From assembly GCA_951406725.2 (NCBI GenBank), contig OX597833.1, positions 41,292,001-41,356,000 of the forward strand: DNA of 64,000 bases, read 5' to 3'. Positions 42,313-53,038 of this stretch are shown here, one piece after another; position 1 is the first letter of the stretch, and each line of letters begins with the position of its first letter. The notes beneath the pieces are model-generated. The model saw only the letters and a program-made list of their open reading frames with translations, searched no databases and was not told the origin of the DNA. A program made the position numbers and the translations under genes. The DNA comes from Octopus vulgaris (Eukaryota).

Positions 42313-42916
42313 TTAACCCTTTATCATTCAGATTACTCTGTCAAATATATTGCTTACTTATCAAATTGGTTTGAATTAATCATGTATTATCCCATAGCTT
42401 TGAGATTAGATGTCAATGATGAGATTGTATATTTTTAGAATGACATTGAATAGTAGGAGTGAAGGCTGAATTTGGCCAGTTTGAATATAAAACATGTAGA
42501 ATATTTGTGCCCGTGCTAGTAGGGTGCCAAGAGCACCATCCGAGCATGATCGTTGCCAGAACAGCCAACTGGCTCCATGCCGGTGGCTCATAAAAGGGCT
42601 CCATTTCAGTGTGATCGTTACCAACGTTGCCTTACTGGCACCTGTGCCGGTGGCATGTGTAAAAAGATTCGAGCAAGGTCATTGCCAGTACCAACTGACT
42701 GGCTCCTGTGCCGGTGGCATGTAAAAAGCATCCACTACACTCTCAGAGTGGTTGGCGTTAGGAAGGGCATCCAGCTGTAGAAACTCTGCCAGATCAGTGT
42801 GGAGCCTGGTGCAGCTATCTGGTTTGCCAGTCCTCAGTCAAATCGTCCAACCCATGCTAACATGGAAAGCGGACGTTAAATGATGATGATGGCTGGTTTC
42901 AATGCTAATGGGTTAA
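42313..42916. mobile_element. piggyBac-like MITE (TTAA-CCC...GGG-TTAA) with nested SINE
   Basis: TTAACCCTT at the left and ATGGGTTAA at the right. Related pieces at about 35530-35700, 54870-55497, 55510-55700 and 58555-58665; a (GAT)n-tailed SINE is inserted at about 42510-42890. Confidence 0.55.
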
Positions 42917-44334
42917 ATTTTATGCCAGTGACACATAAAAGGCAGCCATGCTGGCAACACATAGCAGACACCCAGTACACTCTATGGAGAGGCTGAGGCC
43001 AGGAAGGGCATCTAACTGTAGAAACCAAGCCAAAACAGACTGGAGCCTGATGCAGCTCTCTGGCTCACCATCTCCAGTCAAGCCATCTTACCCATACCAG
43101 CATGGAAAATGAACACTAAATGATGGCAGTAAAATGAAGGTTTCAGAAAAAGTTGTCAGTGTTATCCTGAATATGGCACAAGCAAATCTAAAGACACATT
43201 GTTCAGCAATGCAGCCTCATCATCATCATCATCATCGTTTAGCGTCCGCTTTCCATGCTGGCATGGGTTGGACGGTGCAACTGGGGTTTGGGAAGCCAGA
43301 AGGCTGCACCAGGCCCAGTCTGATCTGGCTATGTTTCTATGGCTGGATGCCCTTCCTAACGCCAACCACTCCATGAGTGTAGTGGGTGCTTTTTACATGC
43401 CACCAGCACAGGTGCCAGACAGGGCTGGCAAATGGCCGCGATCGGTAATAGTAAAATTAACCAGCAACAAGCTTGGTATACTGTGGTGGATCATTGTACA
43501 ATATATAATGACTGCATTGTTAGATACTGTTTATATTATGGTAGCTAACTGTATGACATGGTGAACATGGTATCAGATATTGTTATATTGTAGGTGCTGG
43601 TGGTGCTGTGTGGTAAGAATCTTGCTTCCCAACCACATGTTTCTAGGTTCAGTCCCACTATGTAGCACCTTAGGCAAGTGTCTTCTACTATAGCTTTAGG
43701 CTGTCTAAAGCCTTGTGAATGGGTTTGGTAGATGGAAACTGAAAAAAGCCCATCATATGTATGTGTGTGTGCAGGCATGGTTGTGTGGTAAGAAGCCCAT
43801 CATATATATATATATGTGTGTGTGTGTCTTTGCATCTGTGTTCACATCCCCATAACTTAGCAGTTTGGCAAAAGAGAGCAATGAAATAAGTAGCAGACTT
43901 TAAAAAAAAAAGTGAGTACTGAGGTTGTTTCATTTCACTAAAAATTCCTCAAGGCAGTGCCACAGCATGGCCACAGTCTAATGGCTGAAACAAGTAAAAG
44001 ATAAAAGATATAGTGGAATGCATAGATAGGCATGTGTGTGTGGTTGGGTGAATGTGAAGAGATGATAAGTGGTTATAAAGCAACAGAGACATATTTAAAT
44101 TCACTGTAATGGTTTATGATTATTGAATAGTTGTAGATAGTAGTATGTTGGATTAAGATCTAGTTTAAACTGGTTCTCATGTCTTTATCTTTTATTTGGT
44201 TCAGCCATTGAATTGTGGCCATGCTGGGGCACTACCTTGAAGGGTTTAGTCAAACAACTCAACCTCATTATTTACATTTGACACAACGTTTTGGCTGATA
44301 TACCCTCCAGCCTCCATCAGAAAAAAAAAAGAAA

Positions 44335-44378
44335 ACACCTGATGAAGGCTGGAGGGTATATCAGCCGAAACATTGTGT
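44335..44378 (+). ncRNA. Minimal type-I hammerhead ribozyme-like motif (Penelope-type)
   Basis: ACAC-CTGATGA-A-GGCTG gagggtatat CAGCC-GAAA-CATT-GTGT: core boxes, stem II GGCTG/CAGCC and stem I ACAC/GTGT. Confidence 0.6.
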
Positions 44379-46370
44379 TAACAACAAACAAGATGAGGAC
44401 AAATATCTGTCAAATGTAAATAATGTACATAATTCCTCATCTCGTAAATATAGAACTGAACTCAATATCTCAATACTTATTTTTAAGTCTGGTACTTATT
44501 GTATCAGTCTCTTTTGCTGAACTGCTAAGTTGCAGGGGATATAAACAAACCAACACCAGTTATCAAGTGGTGGTTGGGGTAACAAACACGAACACACACA
44601 TACACATGATGGATTTCCTTGCAGTTTCCATCTACCAAATTCACTTACAAGGCATTTGTCAGCCCGGGACTATAGTAGAAGACACCCAACATGCTCCACT
44701 GTGGGATTGAACTTGAAATCACGTTGTTGCAAAGCAAGCTTCTTAACCACAACCCATTGCCTATAATTCCCACATAAATGTGGATGTTCTATAAAAACAA
44801 ACTATACTGCTGTAGATACCACGAGAGAACTCTTATATTGACTTTTGTTGATAATACCATCTCCAACGTTGAGTCCACCACATCATGTGATTTCGACCTT
44901 CCTTGGTCATATCATTGATGGACTCTACTTTCATGGTATCTTCTGCCGTACAATTTGTTTAAGAGGGGATAAATATTATCTCTTGGTTATTAATACTGCC
45001 GTTGTCACTTATATGCATTGTCTACAGTGGAATTGATGTAACTGTCTAAAGATAGTATGGTGGCAGGGCAGATACGGGGCACCACCAGACTAAATGACAT
45101 ACAATATAAAGACCCCCTTTGGTCTTGAATGACCATGGGATTGCACCTAGAAAGTTCCCCTCCAAGGCACAAGTCTGGGCAAGGTTGTCTATGAAACACC
45201 AGCAGTCACCCATGCATACCAGGCTGCCCCCTCCACACCACTGATGTTATCCAAGGGAAAGGCAAAGGCCAGTACAGCTTGGTACAAGTGATGTCACAAC
45301 TCATTTCTACAGCTGAGTCAACTGGGACAAGGTGAAATAAAGTGTCTTGCTCAAGAACACAACACACAGCGTGATCCAGGAATCGAACTCGCTACCTCAT
45401 GATTGTGAGCCTGATGCTCTAACCACTGAGCCATGCACCTGCACATACAGTATTCCTATTCACACTGTCAGTATTTCAGTATTGAATCCTACCAGGGTCA
45501 ATTTTATTTTTCATCCTTCTGCTTGCAAATAACTACCAGTCATATACTGGGAGAATTAGTACTCCTCCACTTTTATAAATCTGTGACTGTGTTCCTATGT
45601 AAGAAAGGCATGGAGGCCTGTAGCTTAGTGGTTAGGGTATATGGCTCATGATTGTAAGGTCATGAGTTCAATTCCTAGCAGCAGGTCATGTCCTTGAGCA
45701 AGACGTTTTGTTTCATGTTGCTTCAGTCCACTCAGCTGGCAAGAATGAGTAGTACCTGCATTTCAAAGGCTCAGCTTTGTCACATTCTGTGTCACACTGA
45801 ATCCACGTGTCTGTGGAGTGCTCAGCCACTTGCACATTATTTTCACTTACAAGTAAGCACCAGTCATATACTGGGAGAATTTGATTCGTACTCCTCCACT
45901 TTTATAAATCTGTGACTCTGTTTCTTTGTAAGAAAGGCATGGAGACATGTAGCTTAGTGGTTAAGGTATGTGGCTCATGATAGTAAGGTTCTGGGTTCAA
46001 TTCCCAGCAGCATGTGTCCTTGTGCAAGACACCTTATTTCATGTTGCTCCAGTCCACTCAGCTGGTAAAAATGAGTAGTACCTGTATTTCAAAGAGCGAG
46101 CCTTGTCACATTCTGTGTCACACTGAATCCCCCTGAGAACTACTTGAAGTGTACACATATCCGTGGAGTACTCGGCCACTTGCACGTTAATTTCATGAGC
46201 TGGCTGTTCCATTGATCAAATCAACTGGAACACTCATCATCATAACCAATGGAGTGCCAGTTAAGAAATCATCTTCTTAGCCCAATTCTCCAATGGAATA
46301 TCTTCTAAATAATCATCGTTATTGTTGTCATTTAGTACCAGATCATTCCTTATTAAACATATAATCCTAT

Positions 46371-46534
46371 GAGCAGGAGTGGCTGTGTGGTAAGTAGCTT
46401 GCTAACCAACCACATGGTTCCGGGTTCAGTTCCACTGCGTGGCATCTTGGGCAAGTGTCTTCTGCTATAGCCCCGGGCCGACCAATGCCTTGTGAGTGGA
46501 TTTGGTAGACAGAAACTGAAAGAAGCCTGTCATA

Positions 46535-46587
<53 letters not shown>

Positions 46588-46800
46588 ATGTGTTTGTGTG
46601 TCTGTGTTTGTCCCCCTAGCATTGCTTGACAACCGATGCTGGTGTGTTTACTTCCCTGTCACTTAGTGGTTCGGCAAAAAGAGACCGATAGAATAAGTAC
46701 TGGGCTTATAAAGAATAAGTCCCGGGGTCGATTTGCTCAACTAAAGGCGGTGCTCCAGCATGGCCGCAGTCAAATGACTGAAACAAGTAAAAGAGAAAGA
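46371..46800 (+). mobile_element. tRNA-headed SINE family B (internal (AT)n, ..TGACTGAAACAAGTAAAAGAG tail)
   Basis: A/B-box-like head (TGGCTGTGTGGT..GGTTCAGTTCC). Close copies on + at about 6010-6411, 12661-13064, 33930-34350 and 43590-44010; on - at about 1955-2170, 31795-32185, 33345-33730, 44185-44760, 49155-49600 and 55003-55410. Confidence 0.88.
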
Positions 46801-46967
46801 AAGAGATGTGCAAAGGCATTCCATTTGTGATAATTTAATTCTTTTCTAAGATGGTAAGGAATATTTGGCTGCTATTTCTTGTAGGCTGACTCACAGTGTA
46901 AATGTCCTCTCGTTTTTTTCTTTCACCAATTTGTTAACTCATGTTAAAGTCTGTTATTATATTACAG

Positions 46968-47043
46968 TGTCATAGGTACCAGTTCACTACGGAGAATTGC
47001 CCAGCTCAAGCGTAAATATCCACACTTAGTCTTTGAAAGTATT
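46968..47043 (+). CDS. HMBS: HMBS exon 6
   Basis: tacag|VIGTSSLRRIAQLKRKYPHLVFESI|gtatcctt; GTSSLRR motif; 76 nt. Confidence 0.97.
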
Positions 47044-48672
47044 GTATCCTTTAGACATTCATTTGTCATTTATTGTTTTATTTATTTGTTGTTTATTGTT
47101 TGTTGTCTTTGTTTTATTGTGTTGTTGTTTTTTGGCTCTGTGTTATACTTGATCAAGTAGACCTCCAACCAAAGACATATCAGTTGTGATCATCCCATTC
47201 TTTTTTTCTGCTAGGTATATTGTGTACTAGCCATCCTTATTTAGTGTGTTTTAATTTGCTAGAAGAAAACCTGTGATCAAATTTGTTTCACTTGTGACCA
47301 TAGTATATCTAGGACTACATTATACAATATATCTTTTACAGTTAAGTTTACTTTGACTCTCAGTTTTGGCTGCTATTTCTTGCAGTCATGGTGACCACAT
47401 AGAGGCTCATGCTTTGACTTGATATTGTTTAGTTTCAGATAAGCTTTGAACATGAAGAACTATGGTCAGAGCTTATCAAATCATTACAGTACCTATTTCT
47501 TTACTACCCACAAGGGGCTAAACACTGAGGGGACAAACGGATCAAGTCGATTATATCGACCCCAGTGCATAACTGGTACTTAATTTATTGACTCCGAAAG
47601 GATGACAGGCAAAGTCGACCTTGGCGGAATTTGAACTCAGAATGTAACGACAGACGAAATACCTATTTCTATTTCTTTACTACCCACAAGGGGCTTAACA
47701 CAGAGAGGACAAACAAGGACAGACAAACGGATCAAGTCGATTATATCGACCCCAGTGCGTAACTGGTACTTAATTTATTGACTCTGAAAGGATGACAGGC
47801 AAAGTCGACCTCGGCGGAATTTGAACTCGCAACATAACGACAGACAAAAAACGGCTACGCATTTCGCCCGGCGTGCTAACGTTTCTGCCAGCTCGCAGCC
47901 TTAAATCATTACAGTACCATCTACTTTTCAGACAAAATGTATTTCGGATTTCAATACCAAATGTGGTCTTCCATTCTGAAGACAGAGGGAAGTGATTTGT
48001 GGGAGAATTAGCTGCTTTTCTTGCAGGTCTACTGACCATGTTGAAGCTACCTTGTTGACTCAATATGTAGTTGGCTTTGTGGAGTGCAGTGTTGGAGCCC
48101 AATGCCTTAGTTTCTGTTATGTTTTTTTGTTAATCCAGGTAGAGAAGTATCAGTTGAACCCTGTAGCTTCTGTTCTGTTTCTTTACTTGATATTCAGTGA
48201 AGTGGTGTGAGTCCAAGCCTATAGCTTTTTGTTCTGCTATCTTCTGTGTCCATATGTGATTGAAGACTCCTACGAGTGGTAGCAGTAGAGACATGTATAG
48301 TAGTGTCCGTTCTTGCACAACAATTGTACTTTCTTCAGATTCAGCAGTGTTTGTTGGCAAACCAATACAACCTAGACCTGGCCATGCACTCTAACTTCAA
48401 GGAACCCTTACTAGGGTGTCAATGGTACTTATTCTAGGTAGGTAGTCACTCTAGCTAGGTGGTTGATGTTTTCTGCCCTAACTCAGTAGTCACTGTTGGT
48501 CACCCTAATTTAGTAGTCACCCTAGGTAGATGGTCAATGTTTGTTACACCAGCTAGGTGATTACTGATGGTCACCCCGGTTAGGTAATCAAAGTATTTAT
48601 CACTCTGCCCAAAAGCGAACAGTTAATTATTTATAATCATATCTAGTGTGTTTCCTTAACTATGTTTCCTAG
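47044..48672 (+). other. U12-type (minor spliceosome) GT-AG intron of HMBS
   Basis: 5' splice site GTATCCTTT; branch site TTTCCTTAAC (48651-48660) ends 12 nt before the exon start, with only a very short pyrimidine stretch after it. Confidence 0.92.
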
Positions 48673-48786
48673 AGAGGTAATCTGAATACAAGATTTAAAA
48701 AACTAGATGAAAGCAACACATATAATGCCATGATTCTTGCAGTTGCTGGATTAGACAGGATGAACATGTCTCATCGAATAACAAAG
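48673..48786 (+). CDS. HMBS: HMBS exon 7
   Basis: cctag|RGNLNTRFKKLDESNTYNAMILAVAGLDRMNMSHRITK|gtaaag; RGNxNTR and LAxAGLxR motifs; 114 nt. Confidence 0.97.
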
Positions 48787-49371
48787 GTAAAGAGACCTCT
48801 TTTCACACTTTAGCTGTTCACATCAACAATTTAACATTTCATGCCTTGACATTGGTATAATGTCATTTTTAGTTTAATTAAATTTTTTTTTCTTCTTTTC
48901 ACAATAATCAAGGCTGTATGATTAAGAAGTTTGCTTCCCAGCCACAAGGTCTCACGTTCTGTCACTTTGTGTGGCACCTTGTGCAAGTGTCTTCTAACAT
49001 AGCCTGGACTGACCATAGCCTTATGAGTGGATTTTGGAGATTGAAGCTCATTGTATGTGTGTGTGCATGCACTTGTATCTTAACTTTGCATGATGGTTGT
49101 AAATGAGTGTAATATTATTCATTTCCATTATTTTGTGGAAACCTGTTAGGCCATACTCTTTACTCTTTTACTTGTTTCTGTCATTTGACTGCGGCCATGC
49201 TGGAGCACCACCTTTAGTCGAGCAAATCGACCCTAGGACTTATTATTTGTAAGCCTAGTACTTATTCTATCAGTCTCTTTTGCCGAACCGCTAAGTTACA
49301 AGGACGTAAACACACCAGCATTGGTTGTCAAGCGATGTTGGTGGGGGACAAACATATACACACACATACAT

Positions 49372-49422
<51 letters not shown>

Positions 49423-49743
49423 CATACACATACATACATATATACGACGTGCTTCTTTCAGTTTCTGTCTACCAAATCCACTCACTAGGCTTTGGTCGGC
49501 CCGAGGCTATAGTAGAAGACACTTGCCCAAGGTGCCACGCAGTGGGACTGAACCCAGAACCATGTGGTTGGTAAGCAAGCTATTTACCACACAGCCAGTC
49601 CTGCACCATATGGAAATATTATTTTCCTCAAATCTGCTTCAATAAACTCCATCCAATTCATGCAAGTATGGAAAAGTGGAGATTAAAATGAAGCAAAATA
49701 TCAATTGATTTCTGGACATGAATGTTTTTATATATTTCACCAG

Positions 49744-49902
49744 GTATTAGAGGAAGATGAATGTATGTATGCTGTTAGCCAAGGAGCCATTTGTGTGGAA
49801 TGTCGCCGTGATGATGAAAAGATGCGACAGATTTTAGCCTCCATCAATGATGAAGAAACAGTTCTACGGTGTGTTGCAGAAAGGACATTGCTGAAGAAAA
49901 TG
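49744..49902 (+). CDS. HMBS: HMBS exon 8
   Basis: caccag|VLEEDECMYAVSQGAICVECRRDDEKMRQILASINDEETVLRCVAERTLLKKM|gtatcc; YAVxQGA and AER motifs; 159 nt. Confidence 0.96.
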
Positions 49903-50395
49903 GTATCCCTTTTATATATGTGTTCCCTTTCTGTAAAAATGATATTGTTTGGTCATTGCTACCATCATTTTAGTGTCCAGTTTCCATTCTGACACAAATG
50001 TGATAGGTCTGCAATACAGCATGTAGCCCTTTATTTCACTTGCTTGTCTTAATATGTGTGAGGCTCAACAGCATCATATTTAACATAACCATTTCTCTCC
50101 ATATCTTCCTCTGCCACAAGATCTCCCACAGACATTACACACATGCACGCATGCACACACATACACACACACACCATTTATTTACTCCTTCATCTAGTCT
50201 CCATTCACACCACATCTTCATTATTATGCATGTCAGTGTGTTGGAAGCAATACAAGCTAAAGGTTCATCTCTTGACAAGGATCCCTTAGCTTTCCCTGGA
50301 ACAAGGAGTCAGATCAAATTTTTGACAAAAAAAGATGGTATGAACCTAAGGGTCATACTGAACAACAATTATGTTGAATCCAGATCAATTATCCT

Positions 50396-50810
50396 GGGAC
50401 CCTTTTGGTTTGACCGGCAGTTTTTGACGTAATTTCTAGATAACTAAAAAATTTTAAACTTCGTATACTGGTAGAATGTGTTTATAAAACATCTTTTTCT
50501 CTTGGCTTTATTGAGAAAATTCTATAGTTTGTAAGATATTTGTTGTTTTTTTCTTCAATTTCTGCAATTTCAACCAATCACTGACGTCCATTGAGGTAAA
50601 AAAAAACATTCTATGCCGTATAAATATGTCCCTCGTTTAAGAAACAGATTGGGTTTATTTACATTTGTGAAGAAAAAAAGATACCCTTACCCCCACCCCT
50701 AACCCTAAAACAGATTGAAATGCAATAGATCGATACTAGGGTCATAATCATGGGTGACAATTTCATATGACACCGCTAGAAAAAACTGCCGTTCAAACCA
50801 AAAAGATCCC
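50396..50810. mobile_element. MITE with ~30-bp TIRs (MULE-like)
   Basis: GGGACCCTTTTGGTTTGACCGGCAGTTTTT / AAAAACTGCCGTTCAAACCAAAAAGATCCC. Confidence 0.65.
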
Positions 50811-51387
50811 TCTTTTTATACTAACCTACTCCAAATTGTCCCTGGTTCTATGATTCAAACTTCTTGTTTTAAAGAAATCTAAATACAAACCTTCCTTTAA
50901 AGTTTCACGTTAATTTATATTCCAAACACTAGATTATTAATGACAAGATTATTTTATCAAATTCTTCATTATTTTCAAAATTAATTGAAACAAAAATAGT
51001 GTTTTTCAACAGAAATAGAGTAACAAAAAGGGTTAATCTGATGTATGAAAACCAACTCTAGTTCTCATGAACCTCTAGATAAAGTACAATCAATTACTGT
51101 AATCCAGAATTCACTTAGCAAATCCCTACCCTCTGTAAAATATTTACTACCCAATGAGATGAACTTTATGTAGTTATTGTTTAGCCCTAAGTTAGTTCTA
51201 ATCCAGTAGGCTTATGATTGAAGCTATTCCATCTTTGACCACCTCTTCTTTCTTAAAATGCAGAAAACCCAGGAATACCTTATCCAACATGTCTTCCTTT
51301 AAGATGGTAAAGTGTGATTAGTAGGAGATTTGGTTATTATTTAACACACTCACCGGTAAAATTCCCACTTATTTCTTATTTTCATTT

Positions 51388-51725
51388 TCCTAAAATTTTC
51401 GTTACATCCTGCAACCTTTTCAATAGTCTTGACTCTCTCCTAAAATTTTCGTTGCGTCTTGCAGCCTTTTCAATAGTCTTGACTCTCTCCTAAAATTTTT
51501 GTTGTATCTTGCAACCTTTTCAGTAGTCTTGACTCTCTCCTAAAATTTTCGTTGCGTCTTGCAACCTTTTCAATAGTCTTGACTCTCTCCTAAAATTTTC
51601 GTTGCGTCTTACAACCTTTTCAATAGTCTTGACTCTCTCCTAAAATTTTCGTTGCGTCTTGCAACCTTTTCAATAGTCTTGACTCTCTCCTAAAATTTTC
51701 ATTGTGTCTTGCAACCTTTTCAATA
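51388..51725. repeat. 50-bp tandem minisatellite, ~6.8 copies
   Basis: Unit TCCTAAAATTTTCGTTGCGTCTTGCAACCTTTTCAATAGTCTTGACTCTC; TAAAATTTT recurs at 51391, 51441 ... 51691. Confidence 0.95.
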
Positions 51726-51864
51726 TTTGGTTACTATTCCTTGTAGATTAAGTAACAACTGAAAGATTACTTCATTTGTTTGTCCTTTACATGGTTGCCT
51801 GACTTGGTAGAAGTAGAGGCCAGTTGGAGCACTATAGAATTGATGAAGATTTATGACTATAGAG

Positions 51865-52077
51865 CAGTATTTCTCAACCATTTTTAACCTATGAATCCCT
51901 TTGATCCCTATTTTACTCAGATGGATCCTCCTAGCTAAAAATTCATATTTTATTTTATTAGGAATTGTTTTAAAAAAATTATTAAAATATTTTGTGTATT
52001 GTAGAAGCATGTAAACTTTAGTGACAAAATTTTATGTGACTCCCAAGGGCCATATGGAACCCAGTTGGGAACCACTG
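51865..52077. mobile_element. hAT/Charlie-like MITE
   Basis: Termini CAGTATTTCTCAACC / CAGTTGGGAACCACTG; flanks CTATAGAG / GTATATAG resemble a decayed 8-bp TSD. Confidence 0.65.
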
Positions 52078-52984
52078 GTATATAGTGTGAAATATAAGTG
52101 TACCCATCTCCTAAGTGCTACAGAACTTGTAACGGTCAATGTTTAGTTCTGGTTTAATGGTGCTTAGTTGATGATGGATAAATCCTTGCTAGAGAGGAAG
52201 TGCCTATTTCTGAACTAATGCTTACCTATTTAAGTGTACTGCTCAAATACACAACACATCACCTACTGTAGATTTGATGTCAAGCTCTATGAGCTTGTGC
52301 TTCAATATTCTATCAATTCAGCCCTTTGTGCTTTTCCATTTGTTTTTTAGAAAAAGCAATTGAAACTAATTTCATACTAGCATAACAACAAGAATTATTT
52401 TTATTGCTTTCATTGATAGATTGTTTTGTCTCCACTCCGAGTTTTATAACATCAGTGAGATAGTCTGGAATATCATTATAAAAACACTTACGTTCTTTAT
52501 TGTATTGATAAACAACAAAGACGCTTATATTTAGTTGCTTGACATGTCCCTCATATTATATATTATCATCTTTTAAAAGGAAAGCTATCTTTGATAGCAC
52601 TGTACTAGATACGCTTTGAATAAAGACTAGATAGCTACTGGGTCATCTTTGATCATAACTCTCCTGGATTAGAACTTATTTAAAATTAACCACACCATAT
52701 ATATTATATATCCAGTCGCCATGATAGATCATTAGCCACTACACACATTTTTTTTCTCTCCTTGTTTTTTCTGTGTCCCTTTCTGTAGAAGAGCGTAGGC
52801 TCGAAACGTAAAAGACTTTTTCTATTCCTGAGCGTTATACTAATACATGTTTGTTTTGTACACCACCTGTCTTCATGTTTTCTTTTTTTCGTTAACTCTC
52901 CCTATATATATTATGTATTCAATGCCTAACTTGGATCAAAGAAGTTTTTAAAGTACAGCCTTCTTGTTTTTTATTTGTCAATAG

Positions 52985-53038
52985 GAAGGTGGTTGCAGTG
53001 TTCCCATCGGTACCAAAACTACCATTGAGAACAACACG
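52985..53038 (+). CDS. HMBS: HMBS exon 9 (dipyrromethane cofactor Cys)
   Basis: aatag|EGGCSVPIGTKTTIENNT|gtaagt; EGGCSVP cofactor-attachment motif; 54 nt. Confidence 0.97.

Noticed and set aside
48410-48600. Degenerate CTAGGT/GTCAC repeat inside the U12 intron (similar decayed minisatellite at about 15300-15750)
   Set aside because: The period is irregular and I see no structure or coding signal; treated as old minisatellite.
51388-51725. CRISPR-like array
   Set aside because: The units are contiguous near-identical 50-mers with no unique spacers, there are no cas genes, and the context is a eukaryotic intron.
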